From sequence record MT446387.1: 64,000 nucleotides of DNA; one strand, 5' to 3'. The notes under the pieces are model-generated. The model was not told the DNA's origin, ran no database searches, and saw only the letters and a list, made by a program, of their open reading frames with translations. Below are positions 14,047-23,978 of this stretch, one piece after another. How positions within the stretch are numbered: position 1 is the first letter of the stretch; every line of letters begins with the position of its first letter. Made by a program: the position numbers and the translations under genes. This DNA is from Escherichia phage TH09.

Positions 14047-14340
14047 CTATTTAATGAATACTTTAGATGATGCCTGAGCCACAGTATCACCGCATGATAT
14101 TGGATCAGCCATTTGAACAGCTTTCTTTCCAGTGACATATACCTTAGAAGTTCTGGGTTGTGTCACTCCGCCATGTGTTTCATATGGCTTTTTAATTTCT
14201 GTATGTTCTGTAATTGGATCACCTGCTACGAGAACAGCAATTCCTCCAGTGAATACTTTACTTTGTGTAGCATTCACAACTGTTGGAGGCCATGCTTCAT
14301 GACCAGCAGTAACACATTTATCATAACTTAATCCTGACAT
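14047..14340 (-). CDS. 5.4: PAAR-repeat spike tip protein gp5.4
   Basis: 97-aa ORF between genes 5/5.1 and 6, same size as T4 gp5.4; small Gly-rich beta protein. Confidence 0.8.
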
Positions 14341-14895
14341 CTATGACCTCTCATACACATAGCTTCTTAATTTATTAGCCCAACGACTCCAATTTCCAAC
14401 TATAGTTTTAGTATAATTTTTAACGAGAGTTTTTCTTACTGGAGCAGGAGGATCTGTCGGTTCAGTAGTATCAGAAGATGACCTAGAATTACTGCCAGAA
14501 CCTCCAGATTCACTTTGTTCTTGGTAGTCATATATTAATGTTACTTCGTAAGTGAATGTCTTCTGGAGATTTTGAGGAGCTTTCCACAAATACAACTGAG
14601 TGTCAGAATCAGTAGGAAGTTCTTCCCATGAAGCAGCAGTTTTAAATTCATCACCTAAACGATATTTCAACGCGTCATTTCCAAAACCAAATACAGATTC
14701 ATACGTTCCGTATAAGCGATTTTCTTCTACTAAAACCCCAGGAGTTTCTTCGTAACTAGTTATATTTATAGATACTAACGTTTCACCTGTTTCTAATTGA
14801 GCGGTAAAGGTGACGTCGATAGAAGAACCTTCCATGGATTCTCCTAAATCAGCGCTCATTGGAAGTATATTAGCCAATGTCAATCCTCGATCCAT
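14341..14895 (-). CDS. hypothetical protein downstream of gene 5 (5.1-like)
   Basis: 184-aa ORF from ATG at 14895 (track starts at TTG 14898); acidic Ser/Gly-rich C-terminus; start overlaps gene 5 3' end; alternative ATG at 14859. Confidence 0.6.
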
Positions 14896-16597
14896 CAATT
14901 GTGTATTGACCAGATGAAATAGAACTCATAGATGCCATTTTTTCTGTCCAATCACCACCAACGTCCCAATCAACTGTCCCAGCAACTTTCCAAGAAAGAT
15001 TTCCATTTACTGTATTAGTCTGATTTCCTTCAACTAAAGTGGTAGCATCTCCTTTAACTGTAATGTCAGCATTACCTTCAACTACAATAGTAACATTACC
15101 TTTAACTAGGATAGTTCCATTACCTTCAACCGTCTTAGTTTCATCGCCACGCACAAATATTGTATTGCTTCCATCTATTTGGTGGAGACGATTATCCATG
15201 TTGTAATAAATTTCTGACCCACCGACGTTAGTCTTTTTATCGCCAGCTACCAAAAAATTACCATCAGCGTTGGTTATATCATACAAATTATCAACAGTTT
15301 TTCTTGTTCTTCTCCCTGACGGTGATACTTCTTCATAAGTCCCAGTTGGATGAACTAATCTATATCGTTCTTGCCCAGGGGTATCATCAAATTCCTGAAT
15401 ATGTCCACTTTCAGTTTCCATTGTATGCACATAAGGATATTCACCTTTATATGAAGAAACTGGTTCTTTGAATAAAATTCTCGAGTCATTTGGAATAGGA
15501 GGGTCAGCAGGGTCAGAAGATTTAGCTACAGTAGCAGCCATTGCTGATAGAGACCTAGCTGGGGTTTTCACTTCAACGCCATATGATTCTAAATTTCCCG
15601 TAAGAATAATCATGGTAACACGGGATGCACGGCCTTTTGTTTGTTGATACCACAATGAATCACGACCAGCTTTATATGCCTTTTCCCAATCTCCGGCTAA
15701 CATAGCAGTTAACATTGTGTTAAATTTAGCTACACCGCCAACACCCATCTGAAATGCCATATTTTCTAATGCCATTTGACGAGAACGATTAACTGCTTGC
15801 CAAACTGGGCCAACTTTAGAATGTGATTTAATGTCACGTTGCATATCAGCCAAATCACGTTCAAATAAAGCTACCGCTTCTTCCATTGTAATAGAACCTG
15901 GATTTCCGGTAATTTCACGACCAACTTGTTTTGATAAAACTTTATTAATTTGAGCCATATCACGAACTGGCTGCTTCATAATAAGATGACCAATACCAAT
16001 TGTCGGATATCCTTCTGTATCCCAATAAACTTTTAGTCTTAATCCTTCATCGCGGCGAAGCATTTCAGCCATTGACATATTTGGATTATCATCAGTTGGA
16101 ATTTCTGATAATGGTCTATCATCAGGATTTATCGCAGTGTCTAGATTGCTATCTTGGATAATATTAGAAGACGAATCATATCCTACTTCTCCGCCTTGGT
16201 TTAATACGTTAGTATCATTTCCTAGACGTCTAGGATATTGTCCAGTTGGATCAGAAAATCCTTCAAGTCTATTCGGTTTTTCGCGAACTATTCCACCATA
16301 CGTGCCAAGGACAATTCCGTTAGTTTTCCATTTGTCTAAAAAATGACCATAAACTCTAGTTCCTTCTACCGGACCAGTAACGGAGCCTCCAATTCCTGAC
16401 ATTGCTGCAGAAGTTATAGGTTGAATAACTGACATCCATGGTAATTTTTCAGTTGGAATACCCATTACATCACCTTGTGCTCTTTGAGGTGGATGCAGAC
16501 CAACAACACGAACACGAACACGACCTAATTTTAATGGGTCCATTCTATCTTCAACAACACCAACAAACCAATTGAGGTTATTACTTATCATTTCCAT
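14870..16597 (-). CDS. 5: baseplate hub / tail-associated lysozyme gp5
   Basis: 575-aa ORF, same length as T4 gp5; central lysozyme-like region (..YWDTEGYPTIGIGHL..) and C-terminal VxGxxxxxV beta-helix repeats. Confidence 0.93.
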   Translation of the reverse strand: MEMISNNLNWFVGVVEDRMDPLKLGRVRVRVVGLHPPQRAQGDVMGIPTEKLPWMSVIQPITSAAMSGIGGSVTGPVEGTRVYGHFLDKWKTNGIVLGTYGGIVREKPNRLEGFSDPTGQYPRRLGNDTNVLNQGGEVGYDSSSNIIQDSNLDTAINPDDRPLSEIPTDDNPNMSMAEMLRRDEGLRLKVYWDTEGYPTIGIGHLIMKQPVRDMAQINKVLSKQVGREITGNPGSITMEEAVALFERDLADMQRDIKSHSKVGPVWQAVNRSRQMALENMAFQMGVGGVAKFNTMLTAMLAGDWEKAYKAGRDSLWYQQTKGRASRVTMIILTGNLESYGVEVKTPARSLSAMAATVAKSSDPADPPIPNDSRILFKEPVSSYKGEYPYVHTMETESGHIQEFDDTPGQERYRLVHPTGTYEEVSPSGRRTRKTVDNLYDITNADGNFLVAGDKKTNVGGSEIYYNMDNRLHQIDGSNTIFVRGDETKTVEGNGTILVKGNVTIVVEGNADITVKGDATTLVEGNQTNTVNGNLSWKVAGTVDWDVGGDWTEKMASMSSISSGQYTIDGSRIDIG

Positions 16598-17171
16598 AAG
16601 ATTTCTCCATTATACGTATAAGGTCGTTCATAAATGAATTGATGTCTGATTTTGCTATTATTTTTATTTGACGAAGTTTTTCATTTTCAAGAACAGCAGC
16701 TTCATACGTATCGACCGCAGCAAGCGCTCCTTCATATTGAGGATATTTTTTAGCTTTATCGCCTTTATCATACCAAACATATGGATTATCATCGTATGAT
16801 ACTAAATTATAAAATTTTTCACCGTTTTCATTCACATGATATACTATTTGGTCTCCACCTACGTTTTTGTATTTTTGTATAGATGCTTGATAAGCAGCTT
16901 CTTGTGAAGTAATCCATCCATAATACGGGTCATAATTATCATTACACATCAATAAAACCCAATACAACTGCGGATTTCCATATATAGCATTTGCTAATTC
17001 TTCCGGGCGTGGTGAACCTTTGATATAGTAAGTGCGTAAGCGATATCCCGCAAGAGCGCGTTTGAAATAGTCTTTATAGTTTCTAAAAATATCTGTCATA
17101 GGAATAGTCGGCGCGTTTTTATTCACCGTTTTGGCCGCATATTCAATCGGATCAAAAAATGTAAAGAGCAT
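16581..17171 (-). CDS. 53: baseplate wedge protein gp53
   Basis: 196-aa ORF, same length as T4 gp53; divergent from gene 4 as in T4. Confidence 0.9.
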   Translation of the reverse strand: MLFTFFDPIEYAAKTVNKNAPTIPMTDIFRNYKDYFKRALAGYRLRTYYIKGSPRPEELANAIYGNPQLYWVLLMCNDNYDPYYGWITSQEAAYQASIQKYKNVGGDQIVYHVNENGEKFYNLVSYDDNPYVWYDKGDKAKKYPQYEGALAAVDTYEAAVLENEKLRQIKIIAKSDINSFMNDLIRIMEKSYGNDK

Positions 17172-17184
17172 GGGCCCTCCTGTT

Positions 17185-17192
17185 TATAAATA
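17185..17192 (+). promoter_or_regulatory. late promoter TATAAATA for gene 4
   Basis: TATAAATA at 17185-17192, 27 nt upstream of gene 4 ATG, with AAGGAG SD; divergent from gene 53 promoter. Confidence 0.65.
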
Positions 17193-17199
17193 TATTATC

Positions 17200-17207
17200 T
17201 ATTTATA
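17200..17207 (-). promoter_or_regulatory. late promoter TATAAATA for gene 53 operon
   Basis: Reverse complement of TATTTATA at 17200-17207, about 29 nt upstream of gene 53 ATG, followed by GGAGG. Confidence 0.7.
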
Positions 17208-17218
17208 AGGAGAATCCA

Positions 17219-17671
17219 ATGGCATATTCTGGAAAATGGGTTCCTAAAAATATATCAAAATATAGAGGTGACCCTAAAAAAATTACGTATAGATCAAATT
17301 GGGAAAAATTCTTTTTTGAATGGTTAGATAAAAATCCAGAAATTATTGCATGGGGTAGTGAAACAGCAGTAATTCCTTATTTTTGTAATGCAGAAGGGAA
17401 AAAACGTAGATACTTCATGGATATTTGGATGAAAGATTCTTCTGGACAAGAATTTTTTATTGAAATAAAACCTAAAAAAGAAACACAACCACCAGTTAAA
17501 CCAGCACATCTAACAACCGCAGCGAAGAAAAGATTTATGAATGAAATTTATACATATTCCGTTAATACCGACAAATGGAAAGCAGCGCAAGCTTTAGCTG
17601 AAAAGCGTGGAATAAAATTTAGAATTCTAACAGAAGATGGATTACGAGCTCTTGGCTTTAAGGGGGCATAA
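17219..17671 (+). CDS. 4: head completion protein gp4
   Basis: 150-aa ORF, size and position (53 | 4-2-3-1) as in T4. Confidence 0.88.
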
Positions 17672-18495
17672 TGGCTATTTTTCAAATAATTAATGAAAGC
17701 ACTCCCCAAGTTCCAAAGGTTAAGCAATCATTAAACGAAAAGAAATGGATTCAGATAGGTCTTGAATACAAAAAGGCCAAAGCAAAAGGAATGACAGGAA
17801 AACAATTTGCTGAAGAAAGAGGAATCAAATACTCTACGTTTACTTCGGCAATGTCAAAATATGCTTCAGGAATTAAAACGGCTGAAAAGATTCAAAAGCT
17901 TGAATCAAAACCAATGAATAAACTCAATAAGCAAGAAAGACAACTGCTTATGATAAATTCATTCAGGCAAACATTGCGTGATAAAATTCGTAATGAAGGT
18001 GCAGCAATTAATAATAAAACCAGAAAGTGGTTTGCTGAAACTATTAAGCAGGTAAAAGGACATAAAGTTGTTCGCCCGCAGCCGGGACGAATATATGCTT
18101 TTGCTTATGATGCTAAACACAAGGAAACTCTTCCTTACTGGGATAAATTTCCTTTGATAATTTATCTTGGTTTAGGTAAGCATAACTTAATGTACGGATT
18201 GAACTTGCACTATATTCCACCTAAAGCTCGTCAGCAATTCCTAGAAGAGCTTCTAAAGCAATATGCAAATACACCTACTATTACTAATAAAACGAAATTA
18301 AAAATTGATTGGAGTCAAGTGAAAGGATTTAGGGGTGCAGACCAAATGATTAAGGCATATATACCTGGTAATATTATGGGTAGCCTTGTTGAAATCGCCC
18401 CGAAAGACTGGGCGAACGTTGTGTTAATGCCACTTCAGCAGTTCGTTTCAAAAGGAAAACGTTTCTCTGCAAACAAAGTCTGGTCAAATATCTAA
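17671..18495 (+). CDS. 2: DNA end protector protein gp2
   Basis: 274-aa basic ORF, ATGG overlap with gene 4 stop; size and position as T4 gp2. Confidence 0.88.
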
Positions 18496-18601
18496 TTCTA
18501 TTATCTTCCATTCTTTTCTGTTGTTTGTTCTAAATGGAATTGAATGGAAGGGACTTAGACCCATTATACCACCAACAGTTATAAAGCATTATGAGGAATA
18601 T

Positions 18602-19132
18602 ATGTCGCAAGCTCTGCAACAAATTTTTAACCAAGCAAATACAACTAACTTTGTAGTATCAATACCACATAGTAATACTACATCTGCTTTTACTTTAAAT
18701 GCTCAGTCAGTTCCTATTCCGGGAATTAGAATACCTGTTACTGATACCGTGACTGGGCCGTTTGGACTGGGCCGAGCACAACGTCCAGGTGTTACATTCG
18801 AGTATGATCCACTCATTGTGAGATTTATAGTTGATGAAGAACTTAAGTCGTGGATAGGAATGTATGAATGGATGCTAGGAACTAGCAACTATCTTACAGG
18901 TGAAAATACTGCTCAAAAAACAGGTCCTGAATACATTACGCTTTACATCTTAGATAATAGCAAAACTGAAATCGTGATGTCAATAAATTTTTATAAGCCT
19001 TGGGTTTCTGACCTGTCTGAAGTAGAATTTAGCTACACAGAAGATTCAGACCCAGCCTTAGTATGCACAGCAACGATTCCTTATACGTATTTTCAAGTAG
19101 AAAAAGATGGAAAAATTATAGCAGAAGTTTAA
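18602..19132 (+). CDS. 3: tail completion / sheath stabiliser protein gp3
   Basis: ORF track starts at 18521; ATG at 18602 (MSQALQQIF...) has GAGGAA SD and gives 176 aa as in T4. Confidence 0.85.
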   Translation: MSQALQQIFNQANTTNFVVSIPHSNTTSAFTLNAQSVPIPGIRIPVTDTVTGPFGLGRAQRPGVTFEYDPLIVRFIVDEELKSWIGMYEWMLGTSNYLTGENTAQKTGPEYITLYILDNSKTEIVMSINFYKPWVSDLSEVEFSYTEDSDPALVCTATIPYTYFQVEKDGKIIAEV

Positions 19133-19156
19133 TGCTTCAGTTTCATGTGTTATAAT
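19132..19156 (+). promoter_or_regulatory. MotA-type middle promoter for gene 1
   Basis: MotA-box-like aTGCTTcA (19132-19139) about 12 nt upstream of extended -10 TGTGTTATAAT (TATAAT 19151-19156). Confidence 0.5.
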
Positions 19157-19181
19157 CTTAACTAAATTTGAGGAGAAACAT

Positions 19182-19894
19182 ATGAAACTAATCTTTTTAA
19201 GTGGTGTAAAGCGTAGTGGAAAAGATACTACTGCTGATTTTATCATGAGCAATTATTCTGCAGTTAAATATCAACTTGCTGGTCCTATTAAGGATGCATT
19301 GGCTTATGCATGGGGTGTATTTGCAGCAAACACTGACTATCCTTGTTTAACTCGTAAAGAGTTTGAAGGAATTGACTATGATCGTGAAACTAATTTAAAT
19401 CTGACTAAATTAGAAGTAATTACGATTATGGAACAAGCATTTTGCTATCTTAATAGTAAAAGCCCAATTAAAGGTGTGTTTGTTTTTGATGACGCAGTTA
19501 ATTTCGTAGCATTTAACAAGATTGCTGACGTTATAAATAATATTGAAGATCAATGGTCAGTCCGTCGTCTGATGCAAGCCCTAGGTACGGATTTGATTGT
19601 TAATAACTTCGACCGCATGTATTGGGTAAAATTATTTGCTTTAGATTATCTTGATAAATTTAACTCAGGTTATGATTATTATATCGTTCCTGATACTCGT
19701 CAAGATCATGAAATGGATGCGGCTAGGGCGATGGGTGCTACAGTAATTCATGTAGTTCGTCCTGGTCAAAAATCCAATGATACTCATATTACAGAAGCTG
19801 GATTGCCAATTCGTGATGGCGATTTAGTAATTACAAACGATGGTTCTCTTGAAGAACTTTTTTCTAAAATTAAAAATACACTAAAGGTACTATA

Positions 19895-19895
<1 letters not shown>
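19182..19895 (+). CDS. 1: deoxynucleoside monophosphate kinase gp1
   Basis: 237-aa ORF with P-loop GVKRSGKDT; position after gene 3. Confidence 0.9.
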
Positions 19896-20592
<697 letters not shown>

Positions 20593-20604
20593 TTTCACAA
20601 AGTT

Positions 20605-20634
20605 GTTTACACGCTGATGAGGTAGTGATACTAT
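20605..20634 (+). promoter_or_regulatory. T4-type early promoter
   Basis: GTTTAC (20605-20610), 18-nt spacer, TGA-TACTAT (20629-20634); upstream tttcacaaagtt element. Confidence 0.55.
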
Positions 20635-20664
20635 TATCTCATCAAAATTAATTAGGAAAATAAA

Positions 20665-20922
20665 ATGAAAACTTTCAAAGAGTTTGCTACAAAAACTACT
20701 ATCACCGAATCTTCCCACGGTATGGAAGTAAAGCTTGGAATGGCTTTAGCTGAAGCTGAGCGTCTTTTCTCTCGTATTAAAGAACTTGCTGCTGCAGTCG
20801 ATCCTTCATCTTTTAAAGGAGACCAAACTAAAGTTAAAGCGCTTTTAGCATTATGCTCAGATGCAGGAGAAATTGCTAAAAATGGTTCTAAGATGAAGAA
20901 ACGATTAGAAGATTTAAAATAA
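20665..20922 (+). CDS. small internal-protein-like protein with capsid targeting sequence
   Basis: 85 aa; N-terminus MKTFKEFATKTTITE|S resembles the T4 IP capsid targeting sequence with an (L/I)xE prohead-protease site; at the ipI position after 57B. Confidence 0.65.
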   Translation: MKTFKEFATKTTITESSHGMEVKLGMALAEAERLFSRIKELAAAVDPSSFKGDQTKVKALLALCSDAGEIAKNGSKMKKRLEDLK

Positions 20923-20934
20923 TTTCACAAAGTT

Positions 20935-20964
20935 GTTTACACAGGGTTTTAGTAGTGATACTAT
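20935..20964 (+). promoter_or_regulatory. T4-type early promoter (duplicate of 20605 cassette)
   Basis: Exact repeat gatttaaaataatttcacaaagttGTTTACac of the preceding cassette; -10 TACTAT at 20959-20964. Confidence 0.55.
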
Positions 20965-20998
20965 TACTCTATCAAAACAAAACCAAATGGAAATCAAA

Positions 20999-21232
20999 AT
21001 GAAAACTTTCAAAGAGTTTATCGCTGAATCTTCTGATGTAAAAGTTGAGTTTATTTACACCGGCAAGAAAGATAAAATGGGTGAAATGCCTCATGGAGTT
21101 CTTCGTGATGCATTAGATAATTTCGGTCAACTCGCCGCAGAAGATTACGGTGATAAAATTGTTGTTACTGGTCCTGCTGCAGTTATTGAAAAATGGGCAG
21201 CAGAAAATAAATCAATTTTTCGTAAAAAATAA
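20999..21232 (+). CDS. small internal-protein-like protein with capsid targeting sequence
   Basis: ATG at 20999 gives 77 aa starting MKTFKEFIAE|SSDVK (track starts upstream at 20933). Confidence 0.6.
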   Translation: MKTFKEFIAESSDVKVEFIYTGKKDKMGEMPHGVLRDALDNFGQLAAEDYGDKIVVTGPAAVIEKWAAENKSIFRKK

Positions 21233-21262
21233 GTTTACTTTTAGATAGGGTAGTGATACTAT
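21233..21262 (+). promoter_or_regulatory. T4-type early promoter
   Basis: GTTTAC (21233-21238), 18-nt spacer, TGA-TACTAT (21257-21262), flanked by inverted repeat gataggg/ccctatc. Confidence 0.5.
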
Positions 21263-21290
21263 TACCCTATCAACTACCGAGGAGAATAAA

Positions 21291-21476
21291 ATGAAACGTT
21301 GTGAATTAATTCGAAATGTTGCTATTGCAATTTCTGCTTCTGCTTTTAGTTTTTCAATGTTTGTTGGATTTATATGCGGATTATTGACTACAGCAGAAAA
21401 TGTGTTTTCGCTTGTAGTAGCATTTTTAATTGGTTTAATCGCTATCGTTATGGATAAAATTTCTAAAGGTGAATAG
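21291..21476 (+). CDS. small hydrophobic membrane protein
   Basis: 61-aa ORF with two predicted TM helices; GAGGAG SD. Confidence 0.55.
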   Translation: MKRCELIRNVAIAISASAFSFSMFVGFICGLLTTAENVFSLVVAFLIGLIAIVMDKISKGE

Positions 21477-21477
21477 A

Positions 21478-21858
21478 ATGTATAAAGTGTACGCGGATTA
21501 TCAGGCTAATCCATCTGAAAAGCCAGATTGCCAAATTGGATGGGCTCATGATACCCTGCTTGAAGCAGTAGATGCTGCTCAAAAATTAGGATATAGTTAT
21601 GTAGATATTGTTCAACCTGGCGGAACAGTTATTACTCTTGAAGAGTTTAATAATATTAAACCAAACTTTTTACTTTTTGCAGGTGATAATTATTATCCTC
21701 GCGGTGGATATGCTGATTTAATCGCTAAAGCCGCTACCGAAGATGAACTCCGTGACATTATCAAAGAAAATGAAAACAAACCAATGTATGGTTTTAATCG
21801 CTTTGATTGGTGGCAAATTGTAAATGCCCACACTCATACTATTGTTGATGAAGGGTAA
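21478..21858 (+). CDS. hypothetical protein
   Basis: ATG at 21478 (MYKVYADYQ...) with AAGGTG SD; track ORF begins at GTG 21469; about 126 aa. Confidence 0.55.
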   Translation: MYKVYADYQANPSEKPDCQIGWAHDTLLEAVDAAQKLGYSYVDIVQPGGTVITLEEFNNIKPNFLLFAGDNYYPRGGYADLIAKAATEDELRDIIKENENKPMYGFNRFDWWQIVNAHTHTIVDEG

Positions 21859-21861
21859 ATA

Positions 21862-22155
21862 ATGATTCTTTATGCTAAAGTATCATCCATTGAAAATGGA
21901 TATAAATATGATCAAGACGCGGCTAAAGCCTTGATTGATGATTATGGCGTTTTAACATGTTTTGAAGTTGAAAAGGTTTATATTGACCGTTCATCTTCTC
22001 AAGTTAAATTATTGAAGGAAGACTGTAAATTTAATACAGTAAATTTTGATTTCTTTATTGAAACAGAAAAAGGTCCTCTTGAATATGATATTTTCAAGAA
22101 TCCTTTGGGTCTTGAATGTATTGAATATACTTACATTAATATGGTGAGTAAATGA
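21862..22155 (+). CDS. hypothetical protein
   Basis: 97-aa ORF, tightly packed with neighbours. Confidence 0.5.
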   Translation: MILYAKVSSIENGYKYDQDAAKALIDDYGVLTCFEVEKVYIDRSSSQVKLLKEDCKFNTVNFDFFIETEKGPLEYDIFKNPLGLECIEYTYINMVSK

Positions 22156-22667
22156 ATATTTGTTTAGGTACTACAATTCCACAGGGTTACGTAATTGATG
22201 TCACTACCTGGGAAAATGATGGTGACAACTATAAAACTAAAACACTGTTTGGCGTAGAAGAGCATGAAATCTTACAATTCCAATATCTTTTAAAGAAGTT
22301 TAAAAGCAGACATTCTAGTACTAAAGCTGAACGTTATTGTGGTAATGGCTTGTTCAGCGAGCAATCGCTTTTTATTTATGAATACTTGGTTGAAGGACTG
22401 TTCTCAGAACAACTTTATCCAGAATTCATTAAAAAGGTCTTTGATATAGAAGTTGACCTTGGTAATAAATCCGAAGAAGACGAAGAACGTGTATTTGACT
22501 TATTCTTTGTGAATGGTAATAAAGTGCTTGAAGGACTTATTAATATTTTAGGCAGTGCTTCTGAGTATTATGATTATGATTTTTTGCGTGTAGTTGAGAG
22601 TGTTAAATACTCTTATATAGAAGAAGAAATTGTTTTGCCGACCGTTAAAATGTTTAATTTGCTTTAA
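22152..22667 (+). CDS. hypothetical acidic protein
   Basis: 171-aa ORF with ATGA overlap to the upstream gene; no recognisable motif. Confidence 0.55.
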   Translation: MNICLGTTIPQGYVIDVTTWENDGDNYKTKTLFGVEEHEILQFQYLLKKFKSRHSSTKAERYCGNGLFSEQSLFIYEYLVEGLFSEQLYPEFIKKVFDIEVDLGNKSEEDEERVFDLFFVNGNKVLEGLINILGSASEYYDYDFLRVVESVKYSYIEEEIVLPTVKMFNLL

Positions 22668-22753
22668 GAATTATTTGTTATTATTAACTCATGCCGCACT
22701 GATTAATACCCTCTATCATCAAGGGTTCTTATTTGAGAGCCTTTGTTAATAAT

Positions 22754-22826
22754 TGGGAATTAGCCAAGTTGGTAAGGCACTGGATTTTGATTCCAGGATG
22801 CAAAGGTTCGAGTCCTTTATTCCCAG
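22754..22826 (+). tRNA. tRNA-Gln (anticodon UUG), no encoded CCA
   Basis: Manual fold: acceptor tgggaat/attccca, anticodon arm ctgga-ttTTGat-tccag, T-loop ggttcgagtcc. Confidence 0.8.
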
Positions 22827-22827
22827 C

Positions 22828-22914
22828 GCGAGAATGGTCAAATTGGTAAAGGCACAGCACTTAAAATGCTGCGGAATGATTTCCTTGTGGGTTCGAGTCC
22901 CACTTCTCGCACCA
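22828..22914 (+). tRNA. tRNA-Leu (anticodon UAA), long variable arm, CCA encoded
   Basis: Acceptor gcgagaa/ttctcgc, anticodon arm cagca-ctTAAaa-tgctg, T-loop ggttcgagtcc, 3' ACCA. Confidence 0.8.
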
Positions 22915-22919
22915 AATTT

Positions 22920-22993
<74 letters not shown>

Positions 22994-23003
22994 ATTTAAT
23001 TTA

Positions 23004-23077
23004 CTCCGTGTAGCTCAGTTTGGTAGAGCGCCTGATTTGGGATCAGGAGGTCCAAGGTTCAAATCCTTGTATGGAGA
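23004..23077 (+). tRNA. tRNA-Pro (anticodon UGG), no encoded CCA
   Basis: Acceptor ctccgtg/tatggag, anticodon arm cctga-ttTGGga-tcagg; 2 nt before tRNA-Ser (dimeric-precursor arrangement known in T4). Confidence 0.78.
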
Positions 23078-23079
23078 CT

Positions 23080-23169
23080 GGAGGCGTGGCAGAGTGGTTT
23101 AATGCACCGGTCTTGAAAACCGGCAGTCGCTCCGGCGACTCATAGGTTCAAATCCTATCGCCTCCGCCA
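23080..23169 (+). tRNA. tRNA-Ser (anticodon UGA), long variable arm, CCA encoded
   Basis: Acceptor ggaggcg/cgcctcc, anticodon arm ccggt-ctTGAaa-accgg, T-loop ggttcaaatcc. Confidence 0.8.
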
Positions 23170-23174
23170 GTTTT

Positions 23175-23250
23175 GCTGATTTAGCTCAGTAGGTAGAGCA
23201 ACTCACTTGTAATGAGAAGGTCGGCGGTTCGATTCCGTCAATCAGCACCA
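23175..23250 (+). tRNA. tRNA-Thr (anticodon UGU), CCA encoded
   Basis: Acceptor gctgatt/aatcagc, anticodon loop ctTGTaa, T-loop ggttcgattcc. Confidence 0.78.
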
Positions 23251-23251
23251 A

Positions 23252-23326
23252 GGCCCTGTAGCTGGAAGGTTCAAGCAAGCGACTCATAATCGCCAGATGG
23301 TGGTTCAATTCCACCCAGGGCCACCA
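23252..23326 (+). tRNA. tRNA with anticodon CAU (Ile2/Met-type; T4 tRNA-Ile position)
   Basis: Acceptor ggccctg/cagggcc, anticodon loop ctCATaa, T-loop ggttcaattcc, 3' ACCA. Confidence 0.75.
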
Positions 23327-23339
23327 AATTAAGAATTAA

Positions 23340-23426
23340 GGGGAGTTATCCCGTAGAGGTAGCGGTGTGGACTGTAAATCCATTGTCATTGCGACTCGGG
23401 TGGTTCGACTCCATCACTCCCCACCA
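23340..23426 (+). tRNA. tRNA-Tyr-like (anticodon GUA), long variable arm
   Basis: Acceptor ggggagt/actcccc, anticodon arm gtgga-ctGTAaa-tccat, 15-nt variable arm, T-arm ggtgg-ttcgact-ccatc, 3' ACCA; not in the canonical 8-tRNA T4 set (memory). Confidence 0.65.
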
Positions 23427-23430
23427 ATTT

Positions 23431-23505
23431 GGATGTGTAGCTCAATGGCAGAGCGATCGCCTGTTAAGCGATTGGTTATAGGTTCGAATCCTATCACGTC
23501 CGCCA
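23431..23505 (+). tRNA. tRNA-Asn-like (anticodon GUU)
   Basis: Acceptor ggatgtg/cacgtcc (one G-U), anticodon arm atcgc-ctGTTaa-gcgat, T-loop ggttcgaatcc, 3' GCCA. Confidence 0.65.
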
Positions 23506-23509
23506 AATA

Positions 23510-23585
23510 CGAGGCATAGCTCAGAAGGAAGAGCAAGGACCTTCTAAGTCCTGGGTCGTAGGTTCGATCCCTACTGCCTCGACCA
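23510..23585 (+). tRNA. tRNA-Arg (anticodon UCU)
   Basis: Acceptor cgaggca/tgcctcg, anticodon arm aggac-ctTCTaa-gtcct, T-loop ggttcgatccc, 3' ACCA. Confidence 0.78.
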
Positions 23586-23902
23586 AACAAGAAGCCGGGT
23601 CGCTACCGGTAAGTCGTCGGACTGATGTTCCCTGGGTAAGGACTGGCATTAACAAATCTTTACGATCGGTTAATGCCCCCTTACATCACAGCAGAAACGG
23701 CGCACCGAATTATCGATTCGAGGAAATATCTTTGCCGTAAGCCGAGTAGCGTTTTTGACGGAACGTTCGGATATGGTTGAGATATGGCCTTTTAAAATAT
23801 TAAGTAGCGTCAACTGCTTAATAACCGGGTTCGAATCCCGGCGTTTCGTACAAACACTTGCCTTAGCAGGTGGAACCCCGACAAGGTTGCCGCAAGGCTT
23901 AG
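23586..23902 (+). ncRNA. structured non-coding region after the tRNA cluster (candidate stable small RNA or degenerate tRNA)
   Basis: About 320 nt with no convincing ORF; 9-bp hairpin ggcattaac...gttaatgcc, tRNA T-arm-like ccgggttcgaatcccgg, then a strong terminator. T4 encodes stable RNAs in its tRNA region (memory). Confidence 0.35.
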
Positions 23903-23928
23903 CCCCGACCGAAAGGTTGGGGCTTTTT
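23903..23928 (+). terminator. rho-independent terminator
   Basis: CCCCGACC-GAAA-GGTTGGGG (8 bp, one G-U) followed by CTTTTT. Confidence 0.8.
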
Positions 23929-23930
23929 GG

Positions 23931-23938
23931 TATAAATA
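23931..23938 (+). promoter_or_regulatory. late promoter TATAAATA
   Basis: TATAAATA immediately after the terminator, 40 nt upstream of the capsid-targeted ORF at 23979. Confidence 0.65.
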
Positions 23939-23978
23939 TAGTAGTATATTAAAACCACGAATTAAAACAGGAAATAAG

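Noticed and set aside
23755-23952. 65-aa plus-strand ORF inside the post-tRNA non-coding region
   Set aside because: It runs through a strong terminator hairpin and late promoter and has no start context; the region is better explained as structured RNA.
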